Assembly: GCA_044225365.1 (NCBI GenBank)
Contig: JBGAIQ010000004.1
Location: 32,001-96,000, forward strand
Source: Planctomycetota bacterium
GTDB lineage: Bacteria; Planctomycetota; B15-G4; JADJEK01
Direction of reading: 5' to 3'
DNA length: 64,000 nt
Shown: piece by piece, positions 1-8,453 of the stretch
Position numbering within the stretch: position 1 is the stretch's first letter
How the letters are laid out: the number at the start of each line of letters is the position of its first letter
Program-made: the position numbers and the translations under genes
Notes under the pieces: model-generated
Seen by the model: only the letters and a program-made list of their open reading frames with translations
The model's database searches: none
Told to the model about the DNA's origin: nothing

Positions 1-2
1 AG

Positions 3-995
3 CCGAGCGCAGTGCTCGAGTCGTGTACCGGCGACGGGCAGAAGATCGACGTCTGCGTCGAGGCGATCGGCGGTGAGCATCCAGCTCTCGATCTCGCGTT
101 GGAAGCGATCGACCGCGGTGTCGCGTTCGTCTCGGCGAACAAGTCGCTTCACGCCCGCCATGGCGAACGGCTCGCAGCGGCCGCCGCCGGATCTGCTGTG
201 AGCCTGTTCCATTCGGCCTGCGTCGGAGGATCGGTTCCGATCCTCGAGACGGCGTTGCGATTGCGCGGAACCGTGCGCCGCTTCGTCGGGGTGCTGAACG
301 GGACGAGCGCGTTCGTCGCGCACGAACTCGCGCACGGTCGCCCCCTCCTGGCGGCGCTCGAGCGCGCGCGACGAGAAGGCCTCGCTGAACTCGACGCCAC
401 GCGCGATCTCGACGGCACGGACAGCGCCGAGAAACTCGTACTGATCGCCCGGGCGCTGGGACACGATCGCATCACGTTCGATTCGATTCACCGCGACTGC
501 GAGAACTTCGACGAGCGCGCGGCGGCGGCGCGGCGCAGCGGACGACGCCTCGTTCAGCTCGCGACGCTGGATCTATCGACCGACGACACGACGCACCCGG
601 GCAGCAGGTCAAGACGCGTAGGAACGGTGGAATGGCGTGCCGTCGATCCGAGTTCCGCGTTCCTCCTCGATCCATCTTCCGGGATCTCGCTCGAAGCGGA
701 GCTGCGTCCGAAACCGATCGTCACCGCGAGGTTCGTATTGCGCGACGGTCCACCCGTGACGGTTCGCGGCCTCGGTGCGGGAGGCCGACCCACGGCGCTC
801 TCGGTCGTCGCCGATCTACTCGAATTCGCCCGCGCCGTGGAATCCGGCGCTCCGTCCCGCGTTCGTGTCGACGACCCACGTGTCACGGACTCGTCGAGGA
901 TGGGCGTTCACGTATCCGCCGCAGGCGAACTTGGAGATCGAGAGGTCGGTCGATCCCGTCCTGAAGCAGATCTCGATGCGGCCGTTCGTCGATGA
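3..995 (+). CDS. hom: Homoserine dehydrogenase (5'-truncated by window edge)
   Basis: Motifs VEAIGG, VSANK, SACVGGSVP, GVLNGTS, GLAELD, DLDGTDSAEKLVLIA, GLGAGGRPTALSVVADL; frame stays open to the window start. Confidence 0.85.
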   Translation, partial: PSAVLESCTGDGQKIDVCVEAIGGEHPALDLALEAIDRGVAFVSANKSLHARHGERLAAAAAGSAVSLFHSACVGGSVPILETALRLRGTVRRFVGVLNGTSAFVAHELAHGRPLLAALERARREGLAELDATRDLDGTDSAEKLVLIARALGHDRITFDSIHRDCENFDERAAAARRSGRRLVQLATLDLSTDDTTHPGSRSRRVGTVEWRAVDPSSAFLLDPSSGISLEAELRPKPIVTARFVLRDGPPVTVRGLGAGGRPTALSVVADLLEFARAVESGAPSRVRVDDPRVTDSSRMGVHVSAAGELGDREVGRSRPEADLDAAVRR

Positions 996-1032
996 CCTGG
1001 CAGCGCTCGCCACGAAGGCACCGCCTCGCTCG

Positions 1033-1773
1033 TCACGGAGCGCGCAGTGCTTTCCACGCCGCGAGCGCCCGCCCGTAGCGACGATCCACTTCCTGCCAGT
1101 TCACGTTGGCCATGAACGCGTCGATGTACTTCGCCGCGGCGGCGCCGTAATCGATCGCATAGGCATGCTCGTACATGTCGAGGACGAGCAGCGGCTGCCC
1201 GAATGCGACCGCCTGCGTGTGGTTGGAGGACCAGTACGTCTTCAGCTCGCCGCTGTGCAGATTGAAGGCGAGCACCGTCCACCCACTGCCGCCCGCGAGG
1301 CTCATGCCCGTCGCGCGGAATAGCTCCTCGAAGCGGGCTGCCCCGCCGAAAGCCTCCGCGATCGCCGTGGCGACCGCGCCGCCGGGCTTGCCGTCGCCGC
1401 CGAGGTTGCCGAAGTAGTGCTCGTGCAGCACGATCGAGTTCGTGAAGCCGAGCTCGCGGTCTTTCAGGCCACTGACGACGAAACCCGGAGTGTCCTTGGT
1501 GATCGACGCGAGCTGCTCCTCGACCTTGTTCAGGTTCTTCACCGCGCCGCCGTAGTTGTTCTGCCAGTGCGAGGTGATCAGCTTCTCGGAGATGCCGGGG
1601 AGCTTCGCCGCATCGAATTTCAAGGGAACCATCTCGTGCTTGCCGATCGGAGCGGCGTTCCCCGATCCTGGCTTCGGGTCGTCGGCGGCGCTCGCGATGC
1701 CGGCCACGGTGAGAGCCGCGGCGGTCGCACCGAGAGTGAGAATCGCATCGCGACGGGTCTGTTTGCTGCTCAT
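1033..1773 (-). CDS. Fe/Mn superoxide dismutase with Tat signal peptide (ChrC-like)
   Basis: N-terminal QTRRDAIL plus hydrophobic stretch and ASA site; metal ligands in HWQNNY, LHEHYF and DMYEHAY; start set at ATG 1773 inside the longer ORF. Confidence 0.9.
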   Translation of the reverse strand: MSSKQTRRDAILTLGATAAALTVAGIASAADDPKPGSGNAAPIGKHEMVPLKFDAAKLPGISEKLITSHWQNNYGGAVKNLNKVEEQLASITKDTPGFVVSGLKDRELGFTNSIVLHEHYFGNLGGDGKPGGAVATAIAEAFGGAARFEELFRATGMSLAGGSGWTVLAFNLHSGELKTYWSSNHTQAVAFGQPLLVLDMYEHAYAIDYGAAAAKYIDAFMANVNWQEVDRRYGRALAAWKALRAP

Positions 1774-1995
1774 ACGACTTTCTCCGTTCGAATCACGTAG
1801 CGCGCTGTTGCCCGTCACGATCATAGGGCCAACCCGCCGCCAACGAGCGCAGCTCCGCCGGTGGATGTCTTCTCCGCGCTTCTCGACCGATCTCTGGGTT
1901 GTTACGCGACTGCCTTTGCGCAGCACTGGCCTCACGACCGAATCCGGCGTATATTCGGAGTTATCGATCGTCTTTTCGTTCACGGAGTCGAGTCG

Positions 1996-3534
1996 ATGCG
2001 AATCGCATTCCTCCAGAAGCAATTGCCCCAGGAGATGCTGGGCCTCGGATTCGTCGCGGCGGCGTTGAAGCGCGCGGGGCACGAGCCCCACGTGATCCTG
2101 CTGCCCGATGTCGATTGGGAATCCAAGCTGAAGCGGCTCGATCCCGGACTGATCGGCGTCTCGACCACGACGGGAGACCACGTCTTCTACTCCGAGCTCG
2201 CACGCCGGGCGAAGGAGCTCACGAAGGCCAAGGTCATCTTCGGTGGGCCGCATCCGACGTTCGTGCCGTCGATCGTCGAGACGCCCGGCATCGATTTCGT
2301 CTGTCGCGGCGAGGGCGAGGAGTCGATGGCCGAGCTCGCGACCGCGCTCGAGCGGGGCGACGATCCGAGTGGGATCAGGAACCTCAGTTTCGTCGAGGGC
2401 AGCGAGCGAATCGACAATCCCGTGCGACCTCTCGCCCACGATCTCGACTCCCTGGGATTCCCCGATCGCGCGCCGTTGTACGAAGCGGGCGCGTGTTATC
2501 GGGACAGCGACCGCAAGATCTTCCTGACGCAGAGGGGCTGCCTCTACTCCTGCTCGTTCTGCTTCCACCACGCGTGGCGCGACAAGGTCTACAAGACGAA
2601 GGGCCGCGAATACCTCCGCAAACGTTCGGTCGAACACGTGCTCGCCGAGATCGAGGACGTGCGCTCGCGATGGCCGCTGCGATTCATTCACTTCCTCGAC
2701 GACATCTTCAACGTCGACGACGAATGGCTCGAGAAATTCTGCTCACTCTATCCAAAGACCGTCGGCTTGCCGTTCGACGTCATCCTCCGCACGAATCTGA
2801 CCACGGAGGCGCACGCCAAGATGCTGCGCGCCGCCGGTTGCGTCTCGGCGCGCCTCGCGTTCGAATCCGCGTCCGACCACATCCGCAATCGGATCTACAG
2901 GAAGGGCACGACGCAGGCGGATCTGCGCAACTCGTCGCGTTACCTCAAGGCTCAAGGCATTCGTCTCACCACGCTCAACCTGCTCGGCTCCCCGGGCGCC
3001 TCCCTCGACGACGAACTCGCGACGCTCGATCTCAACGTCGAGTGCAAGGTCGACCATCCGTTGTGTTCGCTGCTCCAACCCTATCCCGAGACCGACATCA
3101 ACGAGATGACCGCTCAGATGGGTTATGCGGTCGACTCGTTCGACGCTTTCCCCGAGAAGTTCAATCGAACGACGTCGATCCGATTCGATCATCGCGAACA
3201 GATCGAGAACCTTCACAAGCTGTTCCCGATCATCGTGCGGTTTCCGTGGCTGCGGCCGTCCGTCCGCGCCGCGATCCGGTCGCGCACCCTGTCGCGCTTC
3301 TACCTCGCGGCCTACCTCCTATGGACCGAGTATCTGGTCTGCGAGCAGAACTCGACCGTCGCGAAAGCGATCGGAAACGCGACTTGGCGCGACATCCCCG
3401 CCGTCGACTTCGTCCGCAGGGTCTCGCAGAAGACAGGCATCAAGATCCGCGAGGGCTTGTTCGGCCGCAGGCTCGAGTCCCAGCGCATGCGGCTCGAGAT
3501 GGAGACCGACACCATCGCGCACGCCGGAGGTTGA
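1996..3534 (+). CDS. Cobalamin (B12)-binding domain radical SAM protein
   Basis: N-terminal B12-binding domain (LGLGFVAAALKRAGH...FGGPHPT...RGEGEE); RGCLYSCSFC (CxxxCxxC); FLDDIF; start set at ATG 1996 after GGAG. Confidence 0.88.
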   Translation: MRIAFLQKQLPQEMLGLGFVAAALKRAGHEPHVILLPDVDWESKLKRLDPGLIGVSTTTGDHVFYSELARRAKELTKAKVIFGGPHPTFVPSIVETPGIDFVCRGEGEESMAELATALERGDDPSGIRNLSFVEGSERIDNPVRPLAHDLDSLGFPDRAPLYEAGACYRDSDRKIFLTQRGCLYSCSFCFHHAWRDKVYKTKGREYLRKRSVEHVLAEIEDVRSRWPLRFIHFLDDIFNVDDEWLEKFCSLYPKTVGLPFDVILRTNLTTEAHAKMLRAAGCVSARLAFESASDHIRNRIYRKGTTQADLRNSSRYLKAQGIRLTTLNLLGSPGASLDDELATLDLNVECKVDHPLCSLLQPYPETDINEMTAQMGYAVDSFDAFPEKFNRTTSIRFDHREQIENLHKLFPIIVRFPWLRPSVRAAIRSRTLSRFYLAAYLLWTEYLVCEQNSTVAKAIGNATWRDIPAVDFVRRVSQKTGIKIREGLFGRRLESQRMRLEMETDTIAHAGG

Positions 3535-3650
3535 GCCCCGATCCGAGCCCTTCGACTCGCGATGCGACGTTTCGTCAGAGGATATACGGATCTCCTTGTC
3601 GTCTTTCATCGGGTAGAATCGAACGTCCGTGAGCCTCGGAGCACCTTGAT

Positions 3651-4943
3651 ATGAGCATCGACCTCGATCCCGCGCGCAATCCCGGCTTCCTCAAACTCGA
3701 TCTCTACTGCAGGGGAATCCGGGTCTCGGACTCCTGCTACATCGCCGAGGACGGCGGTCGGCCGCTCGTGCGCACCCGTGCGGGACTCGGCTCCGGGCTC
3801 GAACTCGTCCTTCCGGGCAATCTGTGGACGAACGTCCCGGTCGTCGAGGACTTCGCGAAGGATTCGCCCTACGTCATCGAGAAGAAGGCCGGGCGATACG
3901 AGATCCTGCGCGACGGGAAGTTCGTGACGCACGTCGAGCTCGCTCCCCAACCGACGTGGTACGAGAAGCGCACTTCGACGGGCCGCGTGATGCGCTCGGT
4001 CGGGACGCTGCAGGGCACGTATCTCGGCGTCTACCCGGCGAAGGTCTGCGAGTACTGGGTAACTGGCAAGGAGCGGAAGGAGCGAACGAATTGCCGCTTC
4101 TGTTCGGTGGGCCTCAATCTCGGAGTCGATGACGCCGACGGCAAGTCGGTGCAGGAAGTCGTCGAAGTCGTCCGCGCCGCGTGGCTCGAGTCGAACATCA
4201 CGTACGTCGACTTCAACACCGGTCATTACACCGGACACACGTTCCTCGACATCCTCGAGCCCTACATCCAAGCGGTGAAAGCGGAGTTCGATCTCCTGAT
4301 CGGAGTCCAGACTCCGCCCCACCCCGACCTCTCGCGCTACGACCGCCTGCGAGCGATGGGAGTGAATCGCGTCTCGTTCTGCTTCGAGATCTTCGATCCG
4401 GATCGATTCATCGAAGTCTGCCCGGGCAAGCACGACGCGTACGGACTCGAGACGTATCTGAACGCCGTCGAATACTGCGCGAAGCTGGGCGCGAAGCATC
4501 GATCCACGTCGCCGTGGGTCACGAACGGTGAGTTGATCGCGGGACTCGAACCGCCCGACTCGACGATGAAGGCGATCGATTGGCTCACCGAGCGTGGAGC
4601 GATCCCGACGATCTGCGTGTTCCGCCCGCTGCGCGGCACCGACTACGAAGGCCTCGCACCGCCGCGCACCGAAGACCTCGTTCCGGTGTTCGGGCACCTC
4701 TACGACAAGTGCATGGAGCATGGACTGCCGATCGGCATCGCCCCGAACGTGCACGTGAGCCTGGTGATGCTGCCCGAGGAAGGCCGATATCTCAGCGAGA
4801 ATCCAGGTCAGTGGCGCCTGCAGGAATTGAAACTCTCGATGCAGAGGGCGGCCTATCGAACGGCCTTCAACTGGAACCAGAAGCGAAGGAAGAGCGCGGC
4901 GCGACGCTCGCTCACCACGGTCGGCGTTCCCGTCAGGGATTGA
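3651..4943 (+). CDS. Radical SAM protein with non-canonical Cx14Cx2C motif
   Basis: CEYWVTGKERKERTNCRFCSVG; TIM-barrel core motifs (SFCFEIFD, CPGK, ELIAGLEP, FRPLRGT); N-terminal RTRAGLGSGL resembles MSMEG_0568-like radical SAMs. Confidence 0.8.
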   Translation: MSIDLDPARNPGFLKLDLYCRGIRVSDSCYIAEDGGRPLVRTRAGLGSGLELVLPGNLWTNVPVVEDFAKDSPYVIEKKAGRYEILRDGKFVTHVELAPQPTWYEKRTSTGRVMRSVGTLQGTYLGVYPAKVCEYWVTGKERKERTNCRFCSVGLNLGVDDADGKSVQEVVEVVRAAWLESNITYVDFNTGHYTGHTFLDILEPYIQAVKAEFDLLIGVQTPPHPDLSRYDRLRAMGVNRVSFCFEIFDPDRFIEVCPGKHDAYGLETYLNAVEYCAKLGAKHRSTSPWVTNGELIAGLEPPDSTMKAIDWLTERGAIPTICVFRPLRGTDYEGLAPPRTEDLVPVFGHLYDKCMEHGLPIGIAPNVHVSLVMLPEEGRYLSENPGQWRLQELKLSMQRAAYRTAFNWNQKRRKSAARRSLTTVGVPVRD

Positions 4944-5613
4944 AGAGCCAGAAGTCCGGGAAGCCCACGATCGGGCGACGATCGTTTCGGTTGCTGCCGA
5001 CGAAGCACTTTGGGTTCGCGACGGTCTTCTTGAATTCGGTCTTGTCGACGTATTCCGGACCCTTCACCACCGTGAGCTCCGCCTTCAATTCGAAGACGAT
5101 GTTGTACATGTAGCGGATGGCCACGGGCAGCGGGATGCCGTTCAGCCACTTCTCGACGTCGCGCGACAATACGAAGTGAAAGGCATCGAGGCGCAGGAGG
5201 CCCGGGAGCTTTCCGAAGTGGATGTCGGGATGCCGCAGACAGATGTGGTCCCACGTGAGTTCGGAGAAGTACGCCACGTGCCCGCCGAGATGCGCCGAGC
5301 AGTGGCGAACGAACGGCGTGAAGATGTTCACCTTGGCGCCCGGCTTGCAGACGCGCACGATCTCGTGGAGCACCTTGTTCGGCTTCGCGACGTGCTCGAG
5401 GAAGTGGCTCGAGAAGACCTCGTCGACGCTGTCGTCGCCGAAAGGAAGCTGCTCGTCCATGAGGTCGACGACGTGATCGACACCGGGATAGGGCTTGAGA
5501 TCGACTCCGACGAAGCCCTCGCGTTTCTTGCCACCGCAACCGATATCGATCCGCAGCGCCGTTTCGACTTCCATCGCCTGCATCGCTCGCTCCAATCGTT
5601 CGAATCGTGTCAC
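4933..5613 (-). CDS. Class I SAM-dependent methyltransferase (Methyltransf_11-like)
   Basis: IDIGCGG, LPFGDDSVDEVFSSHFLEHV, EIVRVCKPGA. Confidence 0.85.
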   Translation of the reverse strand: MTRFERLERAMQAMEVETALRIDIGCGGKKREGFVGVDLKPYPGVDHVVDLMDEQLPFGDDSVDEVFSSHFLEHVAKPNKVLHEIVRVCKPGAKVNIFTPFVRHCSAHLGGHVAYFSELTWDHICLRHPDIHFGKLPGLLRLDAFHFVLSRDVEKWLNGIPLPVAIRYMYNIVFELKAELTVVKGPEYVDKTEFKKTVANPKCFVGSNRNDRRPIVGFPDFWLFNP

Positions 5614-5673
5614 TCCGATCGAACGAATCCGGGTGCGAACTTGAGCGAGATCGCTCGAAATCCCCGAGCCGCC

Positions 5674-6801
5674 TCAGCGGGCGGTCTGCTCGCTCTGGAG
5701 GAGCGCCGCGACAGGATCGACGAGCCAACCGCCGACGAGTTGATTCCCCTGCACGTTGAAGTGCCAGTCGCCGGCCGAGATGAGGATGTCGGAGAGTTTC
5801 ATCTGACGGCGTCGCAGCGAGCCGACGACCGTGCTCAAGGTATCGACGAATCCGAAACCGTTCAGTTTCGCCAAGTCCCGAATCTTGGGGTCTCCCACGC
5901 GATCCGCGGGGAACTCCTGATCGCTCTCGACCATGCGCTGCGTGGGTTGCGCGATCGCCACGACGAGCACGGGAATGTGGTGAGCTGCCGCGACGGTGCG
6001 GATGCGCCCGAAGGCTCGCGCGACCCCCTCGTAACCGACCATGAACGCGTATTTCGGTGGCACCCGACTCTCATCCGCTTTCCAGTCCGCCACGACCGAC
6101 TCGCCTTCCCCGCCTTCGCCCTCGGGCATCGAGAGCGCCGCCGCGACATGCTCGTGCGTCACGAATCGCGACCGCAGGATCTCGCCGATGCAGAAGGCCG
6201 GCGGCTCCTTCTTCTCGAGCAAGAAGATCGGGAGGAAACGATCGTTGTAGTAGTACTGCAGCACGATCGCGTCGGGCTTCAATTCGATCGCCTTGTGCTC
6301 GAGACACGCCGCTTCCTGAGCGGAGTTGTACCCCGGCACACCGAAGTTCATCACCTCGATCGATCGCCCTGGGAACCGGGCCGCGAGCCCGCGCTCCACC
6401 ACTTCCGCGAACGATTCATCGGCGCGGACGCCCCATCCGAAGGCGAACGAATCGCCAAGGAGTGCGATCCGCAACTCGCCGGGCTTCTTCTCGTCGTCGA
6501 TCTCGTGATCACGCATGCCGCGAGAATTCGCTTTGTACGCCTGGCCGTGGAAGACGCCGTGGATCGAGGGTCGCAGGTCGTAGACGGCGTCGTCGAACGC
6601 GCTCGGCTCGATGAGATCGCCGAGTTTGAGGTCGGCCGTGTTGGCGGGCGCCCTGTCCGCGAGATCGCCAAACGTGGCGTTGTTCTTCGCGAACTGCGCG
6701 CGCGCCCAGAGCTCGAACGGCAGGATCGAGACCACGGTCGCCGCGAGGGCGATTCCGATTCTCGGAACATAATGCCGAAGAGGATTACGATGATCCGCCA
6801 T
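5674..6801 (-). CDS. SGNH/GDSL hydrolase family protein, membrane anchored
   Basis: N-terminal TM; blocks LGDSFAFG, NFGVPGYN, YYYND and DWHFN. Confidence 0.85.
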   Translation of the reverse strand: MADHRNPLRHYVPRIGIALAATVVSILPFELWARAQFAKNNATFGDLADRAPANTADLKLGDLIEPSAFDDAVYDLRPSIHGVFHGQAYKANSRGMRDHEIDDEKKPGELRIALLGDSFAFGWGVRADESFAEVVERGLAARFPGRSIEVMNFGVPGYNSAQEAACLEHKAIELKPDAIVLQYYYNDRFLPIFLLEKKEPPAFCIGEILRSRFVTHEHVAAALSMPEGEGGEGESVVADWKADESRVPPKYAFMVGYEGVARAFGRIRTVAAAHHIPVLVVAIAQPTQRMVESDQEFPADRVGDPKIRDLAKLNGFGFVDTLSTVVGSLRRRQMKLSDILISAGDWHFNVQGNQLVGGWLVDPVAALLQSEQTAR

Positions 6802-6975
6802 GGTCCAATCGATTCACATTGGGACGGCTTCGACGCGCTCGGATCGAGGGATCCGTACCGGGGCAGCCGAAGCCTCGGGACGCGGGCCCGCACTCGGACA
6901 ATCTACTCCGCATTCGCGAGTCGGGCCAGAAAGTTGGAGGTCCCGGTGTACCCTCGAAGACCCGATCCGCGAAAC

Positions 6976-7004
6976 TTGACGGAGCCCGGATCGTGGCGTA
7001 CATC
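6976..7004 (+). promoter_or_regulatory. Putative sigma70 promoter for cusBA
   Basis: TTGACG-N17-TACATC about 100 bp upstream of the cusB start. Confidence 0.45.
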
Positions 7005-7105
7005 GATCCCATCCCGTGGCTGCGAGAGATCGGATCGTCGGAGCGGGCGCTGCCGAAGCGACGCGTGTTCCAACGGCAAGGACTCATGATGAAGGGCGAG
7101 CGCCG

Positions 7106-8452
7106 GTGACGGATCGTGACCCGCGACGATTTGCCCTCGCGCTGAAGGCGCTCGAAGTGCGGATGCGCTTCGTCGTCATCGTCGTCGTCACGGGGCTCTT
7201 CGTCACGAACCGCGATGCTCTCGTGCGCCGCATCACCCAGTTCGCGAAACCACCGGTCGTGGCGCCCATTTCCGGGACGAACGATGAATGGTACTGCCCG
7301 ATGGACCGCGACGTGGTGCGCGACTCGGCGGGCACCTGTCCGCTTTGCGGGATGAAGCTCTCGAGTCGCGAGCGATCGACCGCGCACGACGCCAGCCCGC
7401 GAGTTCGTCTCTCGAAGGTTCGCGTCGAACGCGCGGGTATCGAAGTGGAGACCGTCGGCGCGCGGCAGCTCGTTCGCGAATTGCGAGTCCTCGGCACGGT
7501 CGAGGTCGACGATCGCCGCCGCTTCGACGTACCGGCCCGCGTTCACGCCCGCGTCGACACGGTGAGCGCGCCGATCGTCGGACAGGAAGTGAAGCGCGGA
7601 GACGAACTCGCGACGATCTACAGCCCCGATCTCGTGAACGCGCAGCAGATCTACCTGCAACTCTTCGACGCCCGCGATCACGGCAAGGAAACGGCGGTCG
7701 GCGGAGAATTGCCGTTCTCGCAGCGGGAACGGGCATCCCTGCTCGGCGTCTCCGACATCGACCTGAAAGAGCTGGAACGCACGCACAACGTCGTCCTGCA
7801 GATCCCCGTGCGATCGCCGGCCGACGGAACCATCCTCGAGAAGAACGTGGTGCCCGGGCACTACGTGAACGAAGGCGATGCACTGTTCCGTCTCGCGGAC
7901 CTGCGGTCGGTGTTCGTCGTCGCCCGGGTGTTCGTCGACGACATCGGTTCGATCGCGATCGGTCAAACGATGGAGATCCGTGCGAGCACATTGAAAGAGC
8001 CGATCGACGGAAGTGTGGCGTTCATCGCGCCCGTCGCCGATGCCCGGACGCGAACGGTGAGCGTCCGCGCCGATGTCTCGAACGAAGAGCGGAGTCTGAA
8101 GCCGGGCATGTTCGTGGATGTCCTGCTGCGCGCGGACGTCGAGGGAGTCCATCCCGTGAACGCACCCGAGGGCGCCGTGCTCGCGATCTCCGATTCGTGC
8201 GTGATCGCGACCGGGACGCGGCGATTCGTGTACGTCGAGCGCGCGGCCGGCGAGTACGAAGCGGTCGAGGTCGAACTCGGGCCGCACGTGCAGGACGCGT
8301 ATCCCGTGATCCGCGGTCTCGTGGCGGGCGACCGCGTGGTGGGCCGCGGCGCGTTCCTCCTCGATGCCGAATCGCGACTGCGCCCCGACGCGTCGCCAAC
8401 TTCGAATCGGGATGCCACGACGAGCGGCTCGACCGCGAGCGGAAAGAAGTAG
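7106..8452 (+). CDS. cusB: Heavy-metal RND efflux periplasmic adaptor (CusB-like)
   Basis: Heavy-metal-binding WYCPM...GTCPLCGMKL; IYSPDLVNAQ, SPADG, LKPGMFV, GAFLLDAESRL; GTG start 7106. Confidence 0.88.
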   Translation: MTDRDPRRFALALKALEVRMRFVVIVVVTGLFVTNRDALVRRITQFAKPPVVAPISGTNDEWYCPMDRDVVRDSAGTCPLCGMKLSSRERSTAHDASPRVRLSKVRVERAGIEVETVGARQLVRELRVLGTVEVDDRRRFDVPARVHARVDTVSAPIVGQEVKRGDELATIYSPDLVNAQQIYLQLFDARDHGKETAVGGELPFSQRERASLLGVSDIDLKELERTHNVVLQIPVRSPADGTILEKNVVPGHYVNEGDALFRLADLRSVFVVARVFVDDIGSIAIGQTMEIRASTLKEPIDGSVAFIAPVADARTRTVSVRADVSNEERSLKPGMFVDVLLRADVEGVHPVNAPEGAVLAISDSCVIATGTRRFVYVERAAGEYEAVEVELGPHVQDAYPVIRGLVAGDRVVGRGAFLLDAESRLRPDASPTSNRDATTSGSTASGKK

Positions 8453-8453
8453 A

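Noticed and set aside
1774-2691. Long N-terminal extension of the SOD ORF (552 aa)
   Set aside because: Overlaps the radical SAM gene antisense; the Tat signal marks the true start at 1773
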